Notes: generated from the sequence alone by a model not told the origin. 64,000 nucleotides of DNA from Phallusia mammillata (GCA_965637545.1 OZ281498.1:7688001-7752000); one strand, 5' to 3'. Shown: positions 1-13,959, counted from the first letter of the stretch. Made by a program: numbers and translations.

Positions 1-720
1 GCCTTTTTTGGGCAAGTTATTTCAACCTGTTGGCGTCTGAATTACGACTTGTGTTGATAACATCTTAGTGAACCGAACCGAAGCGGAAGGTTTGTGTGTA
101 TTCCGACTGCATTCCATCATGAATATTTCACATACCGTGTAAAATTATATTACGTTACGCGCGTGTGAATTAAATAGGCTTAAATTCGACTTTAGAAGTC
201 TTAGAATGTATGCACATGATTTGAAAGGAGTTTAAACTCGTGGAAAACGTACAAAATTTATGTCAAACAAGTAACGATAACTTTAGTCCCGATAGTAATA
301 ACCCATGCTCAGTCAAAGGCCTTACTTCAAATCTATACTTACATTGACATAAATACGAATGTTATTTTAACTTATTTATGACAGAGAGTATTTCTATACA
401 TAGTAAACACATATTGTGCAGACAAAGCATTGCAGAGCAACGTGTCAATGTTACACGATTAGGCTTGCAAAACAATAAGGATATGCTGTGTTATGTCTTA
501 CAATAACCTAAGTTACTAATTAACAGCACATGATTAGCACAGTCAACTTATAGGCCGCGGCATAAACCATAAGGTCCATGTTAGCATTGCTGCAGACAGC
601 CCTAAAAAAGTCAACAATAGGAGCTGAACAATAGTAAACCCGGTATGTGGAAAACAAACACAATGTCCTATTATTACTGTAGTAATACTCCATTTCAGCT
701 GAGTTCGGGGAACACCGAAA

Positions 721-754
721 TTTGCGCGGGAAAGCGCGACCTTCTGATTGGCTG
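721..754. promoter_or_regulatory. E2F + CCAAT promoter-like element
   Basis: TTTGCGCGGGAAA 721-733 and CTGATTGGCTG 744-754 in a CpG-rich patch. Confidence 0.4.
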
Positions 755-1541
755 GATCAGGATCTCCGTGCATGCTCCTACTATGCATTCGCCAAGCGCT
801 CTGTTTTGCGCTTCGCATAAACAGAGGCGGACGTTTCAGCGGATGAAGGTGTCAAATTTCTGAAGCCTGCTTTGGGAACGCCGCCTCGCGTACACTAACT
901 CTGGCTAAAACTCGTCTGGTGCTTTGTTTTCAAAGTGGACCTAATTGGTTGATACTGTGTTATAGCCACAATACATGTATTTGGTCACGTTGCAAGGGTA
1001 TTTGCTATGAACACGTGTGTGCACAAAAACATTTCTTCATACAGTTGGTGGTGTATGCCTTTCGGATTTAGCAAAATGCTCTACCAAACAGAAACATGAA
1101 ACCGGTTAAACACATGCTTAACCAATCACACCAAAATATTTGCCGCTATGTGAATGACTGTACACTTGCAGTGCAATGCCAGGCAAAATATAACCATCAC
1201 GTATATTTTACTAGTACAAACTATTTGGGGAGCGTTACTTGTTTAAACGAAAAGGTTACCTGAGGTTGCTAAAGGTGCTAAACAGTCGTCGACTGCACAA
1301 CTTGGCACACCCACTGCAAAGCTGCTGTAGAAAAGCCGCGAGACAATCTTAATCGCGCGGAAGGAACCTAACTGCGGATGTCTATTTAAAGCTATAACCA
1401 AAACAACAAGAGACAGCCCACACGAAGCCGGAATGCAAAGGAAAAAACGATGCACTGTCGTCAACTGCATACAGTCAATGCACAAGCCATGCAGCAATGC
1501 CCTTCAATGTACACAAAAGGCGAGACTGCTGAATTTGACTA

Positions 1542-1728
1542 AAGAGTGTAAGTCGGGCCGGGCTTTTCGTGCCTGGTTCAGGCTTGGGTCGCAATTAAAC
1601 GGGCCGGACTTTACTTATGACATAATTTTTGCCGTATTTTACCAACTTTCGGATTTCGTTTTTTTAAAAGATTGGGTCTAGGCCGGGTTTCGGGTTCTGG
1701 TCCCAATTTTAGACCCGTTTTCAACTCT
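1542..1728. mobile_element. Degenerate copy of the CCCG-rich K family, opposite orientation
   Basis: aagagtgtaagtcgggccggg...aaacgggccggactttac resembles the reverse complement of the K right end, and it ends gacccgttttcaactct. No clean TSD. Confidence 0.55.
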
Positions 1729-4700
1729 TGCGTATATTATGAGTTAATTTTATTTATAACCTAGGGATGTATACATGTTTAGTTTTCACCATATACATTC
1801 ACTGTATCTGTCGCGCATATTTCAAGTGGCTTAAATACGATTTCGGACAAGCTGCTTTTTCAAAAGGCGTTTTTGGGTGGTTTAGGCGGGATTTTCATTT
1901 CGCTGTATGCTAACTTTGTTCATTATCATCTTCGACAAAATGATACTGTGCGGAAATACACCAGCCTGCCACACAAAAACGAAACTTTGACGGCAGCAGC
2001 AGAGTAGTATGCAAATCAGGCCCCGTTCAGAACCAGAATTTTGTTATTTTCGCAACAAAAAGTCGACAATTTCGTTAAAACACCACAAGATGTACATACC
2101 ACAAAAATGTTAGGCTGCTACGTCATAGTTGAACGCCTTAGGCAGATTGTTGTAATTTGCATCAAGTAATTGCCGGTGTTCGATTATTGTGCATTGGCTT
2201 AACTTCAAATGACATAAACTAGCAATTTGAAGACTTGCAAGCGACAATTAACGACAAATGAAACATGAGAATATTAACATGGAATGTAATGGTCGAACGA
2301 ATGAATGCTAAAGTCAAATAAAAAACTCCTATTTTTTTTAAAGCCATAATTGTCCCGTGTTTGACAGTTGTATGTCGTCAACTCAACTTTACCCCACAGA
2401 AGGGGGTGAACGATGGGAGCACGACCTCCAACACACATTCCCATGACCCGTAACCCGGCCGAAAAAAACTTGGCCTTTCTGCACGAAACACACATTTGTT
2501 TTGGGACAGTTTGCTTGGGGAGCAAATTCTCCGCACCGCACAAGCTTCCGATGTATCGTTGTGTGGCCTCTCGTGCCTCTAATTATATAAAGAAGAAAGG
2601 TGTTGTTGGTTACGGGGGTTTGGTGTCAAGGGTACAGATGCACGACTAGGAATGAGGCAAGCAAAATAAAATTTAAGGCTAAACACCACACAGTGTTGGC
2701 TAAAACTTCTTAAAATGAATAAGATACACCGTGGTACAGTTGATATATTGAAGGGGTAAAGGACTTTATGAATTTTAAAATAAATGGGAGAAACTTGTTT
2801 TGACATTTTTCAAGAAAAAATATTTGGATAGTATGGACTTTCCAAACTACTTACCAGATCGTATAACATTTGATTTATTTTTTGAGCAAATTCAACAAAC
2901 AAGTTCAACAACATTGGCACTTTAGAATCGCACATCAACCTTTTGCAACAGTATTTAAGGCGCATACACTGTTTTATACTCTACCCATGAGAAATTCAAC
3001 CGTAAATACCAGCTTGGAAAATCACAAAGCCTAAACGTTTAGCTTAACCTTTGATATTCAAATGACTCGTGCCTATACTCGCCAGCCTGTGATTGTTATA
3101 CTCGGGAATTTTACCCCGCGATTTCCACATATAAGAAAAAACGCAAAATCATTGTTGAGTCAAGGGTGAAATTCCATTGTAAAGCCAAGGCAACGAAGGT
3201 GCTAGAGCGGAAAATCATAATAAACTATTCCAGTCTAAATACAATAACCAACAGGGTACAAATATGGCACATGTTGAACTTTAGGCTTCCGCCTCAGTTG
3301 GGCATCAATAGACGCAAAAACAACATTGCTCAAAAATTCGTGAGAGCCAACAGTCGAGTTTTTTTCGAATTAGGGTAATCCCCCATTTGAAAGTCACGTG
3401 ATAAATGAAGTTACTCCTCGAGTGGCAACTGTTCGGCTTACGTGTAAAAAATGGCTTGATGACACTGAAGCGCTTTGTATTTTTTTTGTGATTACAAACC
3501 CCCGCCCAAAGTTTACATTAAGCATCTTTTTTACTTGCTTTAAAACACGAGGTACGTACAGATACCCTAAAGCCATCTCACAAATCCCTAGTGGGTCCGC
3601 GAAACCCAGCCTTGGAACCACTGGTGTTAGAGTGTTTGATTGAATTCAAACGTAAACAATAAACAATTTTATCCATATTTTAATATCTAGCACAAGTGTT
3701 TGACTAATACCTACTAATGTAAGCAAACTTGTGGTATGATATTAAAACGTTGTGTATTATTGTGGCATTTAGTAATTAGCAAACTTAATTTGTGAATGAA
3801 CTTTGTTCGTCACTCGCATAGTAACACAGCTTGGAGAAATTCCAACGCATGGGCTATGGCTCTGTAAAAATCACAAACTGGATTTAAATGACCAGTTTGT
3901 GACGCAACATCTCCACAACCACAGACAGACACAGCTGCAAATGTTAACTAATTCAACGCGTTACACAAACTACCAATCCGTGTAAGCCTTTTGGTGTCAT
4001 AACAATTACACCGCCGGCATCAGAAGAGGACATCCGTCAATCTCGTGTCGACCCTCGGAAATGTCGAGCACCGGTGGCGGGGATCCAGGGGCAGGAATGC
4101 GGCAGACGCTCGCCAGAGCTCTCTGAGGACTCTTCAGAGGGTTGTTGCATCAAAGCAACGACGTTGAAGTGTAGGAGCACTTACGATTTTGACAATCATA
4201 ACGCGTTGCGATATTACGCGAGACAAGCCGTTGTAATCTCCAATACATTGGATGGGATTATGTGGGTTGTATTAGGGATCAGAAGTCATTCTAAGAGGTC
4301 GGCGACGGTCAATTAGGGTTTTGATATTTGTCTCAACAAAACCAGTGATGACAATGTACGAGATATTACGATCGAAGGTATTTAAACACAAATGCAATAC
4401 ATGGGTTAATTAATGTATACGTTGACATTTTAAACTACGCGGCCGAGTAATACGGAATTAATTTTTGAAAAGCAAAAAGTTTAAGCCATTACATATTATT
4501 CAATGCGCCTCATAAGAGCCTAATTTTGTAACTACAACCAATTTTGGCAGATTTGGTGCATCCTAGTATCTAAAAAAACGTAACATAAAAACCCTACCGG
4601 CCCAAAAGCTCAGGTTAAAATGTATAAAAATAAACGCGTTTGCCACAATCCACGCTCCAGAAACAATTGGCTGAAAGTAATACATTTCTTCCTAACTTGA

Positions 4701-4870
4701 CATGGACTTTAAATGGAAAATGTACCTTAAGCAACGTAATTAGTCATTAAGGGTAATCGTTTTCAAAAATATTTAAAGAGCGGCAGTCAAGGTACATGTG
4801 TCTTGTATTTTCGAAACATATATATTCATTTCGGCTATTCAAAAGGCATCTCTGCCCTTTTTAAATGTAA

Positions 4871-5803
4871 GGTACCTGAAGGTATATAGGCCCGGAAGGT
4901 AATAAGGCCCACTGCTAATATTTTTTTATGTGCCAGAAAAAATGCTTCCGTTTTGATGTAATTTTAAAATATATATGTACTTAAAGTGATTTACAAAGTT
5001 TTGGACCTGTAAGTTATATGTAATTGTTATCATGACCAATCCAAATTTTGAAGAGTTTATTTTCAACTTTTTATTATTTTTTGTTAAAATTGATAGCAAA
5101 AATGAAAAGGTTGTGTTGTCGAAATGAAAACTTATTAAGATATATTAGTAATGGGGTCATTTTACTTTAATTGGAGCATTATCCGATCTGGAAAAAAGAA
5201 TTACTTCAAATAAATTTTATTACGATTTTGTTTATCGGGCATTGCTTGCAATAAGGCCCAACGATAATTTGTTATTTTCTCAAGTGTCTATTATACTAAA
5301 GGCGATTGATATGCACAACATTTGCTTTTTTGCTTTCTTAGGGAGATAAAATGTCCGAATAAGATGTTTGTGGAAGTAATCTTTCGTTTAGTATTTTTGG
5401 TTATCAAACGTCAAGGGGTCGTTTATTCTTTTTTTAGTACCTTCAGATTAACAGTTATATGTCTTAGTTAACAGTATATGTGTAATATAAGTTAATAACG
5501 TTGCTTGTTTGAACTTTTATTTGACCGAAGCAAAGTATAAATGAGTCTGATTGGTTTCTAGACTATTTTTAAAAACATGAAAATGTTGGGCTTTATTAAC
5601 AGCATAGGTTTGTATTAAGGCCCAAGTTTTAATTTTTTTTAAACTGTTATCCTACAAAAACAAAACTTGCAAACGCCCTCAAAATTTAATGGATGTTTAA
5701 TATCACCTCTGCAACAATCATGCCGAATTTGGCCTGGAACGGTTAAATGGTTTTTCAGTTATACGCAATAGTTTTTTAATGGGCCTTGTTAGCTGCAGGT
5801 ACC
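4871..5803. mobile_element. Non-autonomous TIR element, Kolobok-like, about 930 bp
   Basis: Ends GGTACCTGAAGGTATATAGGCCC / GGGCCTTGTTAGCTGCAGGTACC, with RR...YY termini. Flanks GTAA / TTAA. Internal TAAGGCCC / GGGCTTTA motifs and an AT-rich body. Confidence 0.55.
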
Positions 5804-6558
5804 TTAATATCAATGCGTAAACTTGTCACTTTTGCTTATTCATTCGAAAATACGCAGAAAAGGGACCAGCTTTGCAAAAGACCACACGCGTCAGCCAACA
5901 ACGGAAACCACACAGCAAACGGACAAAATAAAGGTCGTAAAACTAAAGTTTTTGATGCAAACTGTAGATATAATGGGAGGCTTATGCAGGATTCGATGAA
6001 ACATCAACGACGGGTTGGTGTCTGTTGTTGTTTCGTGGAAATGAGTGATATTTTTAACAGTTACGTCTTTCTATGGGAGGCAGATTTAAAAGGTTTTATC
6101 CCGGTAAACGTCAACGCCTGGTTGTTGTGGTCCTTGTCTGTAGGCGGAGCAACATCAAACTAAGATGCGTTCATGTCAAGATTGTCGACAAATTGGCAAA
6201 TTTTGTGCAATTTACTTTTTCTTGCAAAGGTGACTTTGATTTTGGTTGAAGTAATTAAATTTTTCTGCATTGATTCGTTCAAAATGTTGTTGTTTTTTCA
6301 AAAAAAGTCTGAAACTTGGCAAAAACTCAATGTTTTGAAACAAAGCCTGAATTAATCCTGAAATCTCGTAAAATTGCAGGGTGCAAAGTCAGGCCCGAAT
6401 AAAGTCCATTTTGTTCAAACCAAAGACCAACCCAGACCCGGAAGTCCCGACCAATAAAGTGGCAGAGAATTTTTGCAGAGAAAATAACTAACTTTCGCAA
6501 CGGCTTGCTCATCGGTTTTTGCCAAGTTCGTTTTTGATTGAACCAAGTCCGCTTAGTG

Positions 6559-6854
6559 CAGTGGTTCTCAACCAGTGGGCCATGGCCCTCTGGTGGGCCA
6601 TGGAAGCATTTTGATTGGGCCACAGACCAACCAAATAGAAAGCTTTTTTTACGAATTTACTTTCATTTGTGTCACTACACTCAATTTTACAAGAATAATG
6701 GCTTGGGGAGGAATTGAGAAGGAATGTTTTTGTTTTGTTTTTTGTTCTGAACCTATTTTATAGTTGATTTCTTTCTATCTTAAAAATTTACTGGGCCACA
6801 GATTTTTTTTGCAATGAATGTGGGCCACGAAAGAAAAAAGGTTGAGAACCACTG
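6559..6854. mobile_element. hAT (Buster/Charlie-type) MITE, 296 bp
   Basis: Perfect 15-bp TIRs CAGTGGTTCTCAACC / GGTTGAGAACCACTG. Perfect 8-bp TSD GCTTAGTG (6551-6558, 6855-6862). Confidence 0.93.
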
Positions 6855-9800
6855 GCTTAGTGGCTTAGGTGTTTAGTCAAAGGAAATAGATAACCGGTTG
6901 ATTATATGTGTGTATGTAATGCTGAAATGAAGTATAATGTGAATAGACTATTGTGGAATCGTGGAGCACAGCTATTAAACCTAAGGCGGGATTTCAAGTA
7001 GAATTCCAAACACCGATGCACGCACGCAAAATGCAAATTCCACCGCCACCAATCCTACACTCACCCTTCTCCCGGCCGCAAAAAAACGGGCGCCGAAAGA
7101 GTCATTTGAAACTCGATAGCTAAACTCATTTAAGTGCATTCCATCCACGTTTTGTGTGGTTGCGCATGGTTTAATCGGCCCACGCAAAGTTAGTGGGTCT
7201 GTGGTCGCTACAGCGAAATCGCAAACCACCGAAAAAGGCCAGCTGTTGTCACAACCGGGAACGCCCTATGAGTCTGCTTTGACGTGTTGTGTAGAAATGC
7301 TACTTCGTTAGTTTCAAGGTTTTGTAAGCCAATTGCTACGACATGGTTTCTGGATCGAGTTGTAGAGTAAATGTATACTTCTTAAAGTGTTCAAATTGTT
7401 GCAAAAACATATATATTTCGCGATGCAATCAATGCGTTCATTATAAACCAGAAACCATAATCTATTAATCCCTAAGTTCAATCAACGGCCTATCGCACTT
7501 TTAACATGTCTACATTCGCTTTGTCTGACGAAAAAAAGGAAAATTTTAGAATAAGTATATGTCATATATACGGACTCGATTCTGACTGGACCTAACAAAC
7601 GCCATGACTCGCCGACTCCAATTTTACTCGTAAGTCAAAAGAATCGACTTTAACGGTTTGTTGCCAAATAGCTATTGTTATCAATAATACTGAGTTGAAC
7701 GCTAAGAGCAAAAATATTCCGTTTTTCATAATTCCAGTCACGAATTGCCCTTCAATTCCTTCAATCAACCCACACACTATACACAAAACCGAATTATCGT
7801 GGTAAAATATATAAACTTAACTTTCTCCAAAGCAAATGCGTCAATCAAATTGCCCGTTGCCAGGCAGCGGATGTTTTTAAATGCTTAGTGATCGTGGCAG
7901 TAACCAGGCAAACGCCGGCGGTGGTAACTATGCGGGAAATAATAATTTCGAGATCACGTTGTGAAGGTCCCTTCTCATTTTCACCGTCCTGTATCAAAAC
8001 ATGGAAATACTAGAGGGTGGTTTTGTTGCCAACTTTGCCATGACTTTTCTCCGTGCTTTTGGGACCTTCCTTTTCACGCGTGTATTATCCTACCATTGAC
8101 TGGAGCCTCTGGGATTTTTGCCATGCATTTGTTTCACTTTATAAAGTGTTAGGCGCCATTATCACGTACTCATAGCTCTACGCAATAGTAGTTGGTTACT
8201 GATTGGGCCTTGAATTATTCGTTTGACAAAAGGATATTTAACACCTTAAGTAATCTTTTAAATAGGGACGGGGGTTGGGTTCGATCTATCTTAAACTGGG
8301 TTAATTTGGACTTGACTTCACACTATGGGCACCATTGTTTGTCTCGTAAATGTAGTTTTATTGCAAGACATATTTTATAAACTTTCTTTTTGTTCAACCA
8401 GCAATTGTATATAACGGTATGTATTTGTGCCGTATGTTTACGATCTTTCGGGCCTAATTTGGCCTTGTTTTAAAGACACTTAATAGTTTTATCCGGGTTC
8501 TTTGGCACCTTGTACTTTTAACACCAAATTCATCGGTACCTAAATCACTAGGTTGGCATTTACAAAATGATATTTTACACCTTGATCTGGCAAAGTGCGG
8601 CGTTTTAACGCTTTCAGGGTCTCAACACCAACGCAACGCTATTCGGTCGCACGGCGGTTAAAACAAAACAATCCAAAACCACCAAACTCGAACCTAAACC
8701 AACCCCTTAACGATGCCCCGCCTTGAAACGTGTCTGGACTCGACCAGCGCTGGGAATCACAAAGCACTACAGAGTTCAACCAAGTGGAAACTCTTATGCC
8801 ACAAATCCACACAAAAATATTGGGACTTTTGCATCTGCCTTATTAAGAGGACGTGCCCGGGCCATAACGGCTTAGGACATGTCGTGACTTGTAAAAACGG
8901 CCAGGATTTGACGTTGGGTCTTAGGAGAGCAGTTGGACCCCTGAGTCGGTGGACCACATGATTTTGGCACTTGACGCCGTCATAACAACCTTAGATGATT
9001 ATGTGTTACGTTGTACGGCGTAAGGTCGATGGTTGGGAATTCGGTTAATGGAGCGGTTACCGATGTAATAAGTGGTTTTATGATTAGTGGTTACAATTGT
9101 GCAACATCTCTTGAGCTAATTTGTGAACTCATAAGTGCAGTTCAATTTATACGGATTTCTAGATGCTTTGGTGTATGAAAACGGGATGAACGTCTTCATT
9201 CATTTTCAACATTTTGGAAACGTCCTTTCAACAAGAATAACCACAACAACAATTTTTTTTAAAGTTTTACCAACTAAGACGCCCAAAAGTGTCATTTTTA
9301 ACATAATTTATAAATTTAAAACCAAATTAGCAAAAACTTCGAAGATGTGTGCATTAGGGTAATAAATACAGTCTTAAATGTTGAAATAAATTCACATAAG
9401 TTTGCCAAATGTTTAGGAAATTTACCATTTGTGAGTCTTTTATGTAAAAAACAACACGTACGTAACGCCAAAACTGTGACCTTGCAGTTCAAACATGAGA
9501 AAAACTATTTCGTATCATCCATTTTCCTGCTATTTTGTTCCGCACCCGTCATCCTGTGAAGTGGACCGTGAAATCAGTTTCTGAATTCGCAGTAACGACG
9601 TCATCACCAAAACATTCAACCTGCGGGCCGGTATCGCATTTTTGCCCTATGACTACCGAAACCGGCATACGGAACTAGCGCATCGTTTATCACATAACTG
9701 TAGCTCATACAGGCTTTGGTGTTGCTTAAATTCTGTAAATATGACTTTAAATCTGCCGTGCGGTAGGTGAAGAATTTACCTCAGGGGTGCTTTGAGGAGA

Positions 9801-12800
9801 TAAACTGTACTCTGTGCGGAGATTAAATGACAATAGCTATGTGTAAATCAACAAATGCTATGTGTATAAGCAAAGTTTGCGCTTGACAAGTTGATGTTTT
9901 TGAGGTAAATCTTATCAATATTTTTAAAAAGTTAGTTTATCTAAACAAAATTACCTGAGCGATTTGTACAAACTGCGATAGTATGGATGTACTTAACACG
10001 ATTTTTGGCAGTTGTATGTTGAAATAAGCTGCTTTTTAAAGCACTGTCAGTTATATTCTTAGCACCATCAAATATTATGTACAGTTTATTTGTCATATAA
10101 CGCATTACACATACACACTTTTAGGCACTTTGTTTCAAATCCAGCTACAGACATCCTAATTAACGTTTCACGCACGAGTCAAAACCATAATCAAATTAGG
10201 GGGCAGTCTTTTTACCCAAACCATACAACCTTAAAAAAAATCTTTAAATTACCATCTCTTTTTTGCAACAATTTGCCATAAAAGATTCAAAAAAAATTAC
10301 CACAGACATCACGCACTCAAAAAAACAAACGCAACAGATTTTAAACGGACATTAGGTCACAAAGTCCAAGTTAAAGACTTCTATTTAAAACATCCCTGGG
10401 ACGGGGTTAAAAACTTGCTGGGCAAACATGTCTACGTGACTTGGACAGCCTACATCGTTCACTGGTTGCGATTACAAGGAGTGGACAACAAACATTAGAC
10501 CTTCCTACAGCGAGAGATAACTGCCAGACGAGCGTATCACTACTGATGACTCGGCAAACGTTATGTCGCCTCAGTTTGAGACTGTGATAAAGTGAAATAT
10601 GAGGGGAATCTGAAACTGGGGAAAATGAAATTAAAAATCTATGGGTTACTGTTGCTTAAAAACTCTTTTGATTTAATCTATGTTTGTTGTATTATAGCGA
10701 ACTAGTGGTATTTGTCTTAGAATTCACACTACTTGCGTTTAATTGTAAACAATATGTACGGCATTGCTGCAAACTTTGGCCATAACGGCAATTCCCAAAG
10801 TCGTAGGGCTGATGGTTCGAAGCTCAGCTTAGGTTAGGTTTCTTGGACGGAAGAGTAACAACGGATTCGACTATTTAAGTTCCAAAACAAACACAGTTAA
10901 CTCTACTGACGCAACCAAAATGATTTATGGCCAAAACAAACGGAAATTGCCAAGAATTAAACATGCTAGCGACCAAATACACTTTATTAAACATCAATAC
11001 CTCACAGGTGTATATGCCGTTTAAACACTAGGTATGGAAACAAATAGAGGGTCGTGGTCATAACATCCGTATTGATGAATTGGTCTAGCCAGGATGTCCA
11101 GTGCGACGAGACGACAGAACAGATAAGAGAGCCCTTTACGTCACGAATGACCACTTAGTTGTCCAGTATATGTGACTCGCCTTTATCAGTTGACCAAACG
11201 GCTCCAACTCGTCCAAAATAGAACTTGCACAATTATATTAATATTTTATGAAGAGGTTTTTCTTGAAGAGACTGATCGTGGGTGAAGTTCGTACTGGAAA
11301 CGTTTTGAAGATAAATATGGAGAAGCACAATACATTACACCGAAAAACAATAGTTTACATCAGGGTCCTATAGGACGTCGACACGTCGGAATAAAATTAC
11401 ATTTGCCAGAAGAGCTCTTTAAACTTGATACTGTGCCTGGCAGCAATAGCTTATATTTTAGTATATGTGTCTATCTGTCATCAGTTGAACAGGCATTTTG
11501 AACCCGTCCAAATTAAAGTTTGTGCAACATAAAAAAAATACATTTGCAAGAAGAGCTCTATAAAGTTGACTTGTGCAGCAGCAATATCAGTATTTAATTA
11601 ATATAAAGCTATAAAGAGACTGTTAATGGGTGAAGTTGGTACTGAGAACGTTCTGAAGATGAAGGGCGAACAAGGACAAGTGCAAAGTATTGCAAAGAAG
11701 CACTATAAGTTATTTTCGACATAACCTCCGCCGATCTATATCCGGCACAGGTCTTGCGTAATCCTATCAATAGCCTGGCGCATGCTATGAAGTTTCGCAA
11801 TCGACGACAAGGTTTTAATGGATATTATCGCTTTGCTGATCCTAATCCGTCCCGATACACTCCTAGTGCTTGCCGAGTGCTCTAAGCAAACACGACCAAC
11901 ATGCCTACGCAAACACAAGCTCTCGTCGCGGCTTGAAAACCGCGATAAACCGGAACCTAGCTCTGGTCAAACACGAGTAAATGACGATGCGGCGCTTTGG
12001 ATTCTTGCGCAAGGTTCTGGGTTCCAAAGTGCGGCTTGCTGCTGGTGTTTGACGTTGAGTACACAGTCGTAAGAACGGTGACAATGGCTTTGCTGTACTC
12101 CGCCACGGGACAATTTAAATTGCAGACCGCAATGCAAGCACCGAGTGAGCAAGAGGCGCCACTTGGATCACACGTTTGAAGAGAGCGATTGAGAAATTTG
12201 GAGAATAATAGGGCCGGGTGCAAACGACCAATAAAACCAAAGAAATGATCTAACCATAAAAAAAATACATTTCTAACTTCATGTTATAATTATTTTTGAA
12301 CAGCAACATCTTGGATAAGAGCGATATTAACAACAAATTTTGAAACGAACTAGAATGGTGGCTTTCTGATATACTTCCATTTTATATCTTTTATACGATA
12401 TTTACCAATTTACTATACACATCATTTGATCTACACATATGATTGTTTTTGTAAACAAAAACTAATGGGTCCCCACATGCGTGTTTGTGCGGAGTTACGG
12501 TAAACAAATGTTGCGGTGATTTTTAAATTCTTAAGAACAAATTTTTAGAAAGCGTTAACAAAACAATGAAAAATTTTGTTGTATTTTTTGGCACTATTAT
12601 TGTCGTATAATTACAAAAACATTAAAAAAGAACGAAACAAATACTTTCAATTTAATCTCTTGCTTTGACCCAGATATTGTCGTCCAAGGTCGGGTTTTAA
12701 ACACAATTTTTTCTAGAAAGCTGTAACAGTTGTGTTACAGACAATTAAAAAGCGATTTGCCGCAAGTGTATACATCATTTAACTTTGTTTCGCAAAACGA

Positions 12801-13402
12801 GTTTTTCATTTAACTTTGTTTCGCAAAATGAGTACCATTGACCTGTAGGAACCTTTAGGGTGCACACACCAAACGACTGTTTGACCTTTTGACACCGTTT
12901 TCAATAGCACGCCGTCCTTGGTGTTCAACAACACCGTTTGACCTAATTTATACATGCCTTGAGTATTTGATTAAAAAAAAACAAAAAAAAACGCTACGTG
13001 ATGGCGAAAGAAAGTTCTGAACTGTGTTAGTAATACCTACTAATTGACCTTAAGTAACCCGCGGCCAACCTGACAACGAGCATTTAAAAAACTTTTATCT
13101 TGCAAAAAAGTCAAGTTTATTTTTTCATATTTAGTTTGTTTAACAAAGTTTTGCTTGACATTATACGAAACCGAAGCACGCTTATTAGGTTTAAATCGCG
13201 TCATATGTGTGAAACCTTTGCCAAAACTGAAAATGTGAGTGATAACTTAATAAAACGACATAGCATTGCTGTGCAAAACAGCTGATTTCTAATCACCGAA
13301 ACGACGTCTCGTAAAACGTCTGTCCGACGTCAAGCTGAGCCCTCCCGCTCTGCCCTATTATTCGTAAACGTACTCTCTTGGGACTTCTGCCTACAGTGTC
13401 TT

Positions 13403-13894
13403 TCTTGACCAAACGAGCGTTAGACACATTTACGTTTCGGGGGCCTGTGGGTGTGTCGCTGGGTCATTCGGGGTCAAACTTCAGGTGGACCAAGTTCAGA
13501 TTAATATGTAACATATGTCCAAATTTCAATAAATTTGAAGCACTCTTTCTTTACTAAACAAGCGTTACAAACCAGCGTTAAAAATTTTACGTCTCGGGGG
13601 CCTGTGGGTGAACCGCTGGGTAATTTGGGGTCAAACTTCTGGTGGACCAAGTTTGAATTAATATCTAACATATGTCCAAATTTCAATAAATTTAAAGCAC
13701 GCTTTCTTCACTAAACGAGCGTTACAGACCAGCGTTAAAAATTTTACGTTTCGGGGGCCTGTGGGTGAACCGCTGGGTAATTTGGGGTCAAACTTCAGGT
13801 GGACCAAGTTTGGATTAATATCTAACATATGTCCAAATTTGAATAAATTTGAAGCACTCTTTCTTGACCAAACGAGCGTTACAAACCAGCGTTA
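13403..13894. repeat. 157-bp tandem repeat, about 3 copies
   Basis: The anchor CCTGTGGGTG starts at 13444, 13601 and 13758 (period 157), and the copies are highly similar. Confidence 0.95.
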
Positions 13895-13898
13895 GACA

Positions 13899-13959
13899 GA
13901 AAAAAGAAAAAAGAAAAAAGAAAAAAGAAAAAAGAAAAAAGAAAAAAGAAAAAAAAAAA
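13899..13959. repeat. A-rich (A6G)n microsatellite
   Basis: aaaaaag repeated about 7 times, followed by a poly-A run. Confidence 0.95.

Noticed and set aside
13403-13894. CRISPR array or coding repeat (ORFs 13501-13686, 13815-14093)
   Set aside because: The whole 157-bp unit is repeated with no unique spacers and no cas genes in a eukaryotic context. The ORFs are by-products of the repeat and microsatellite.
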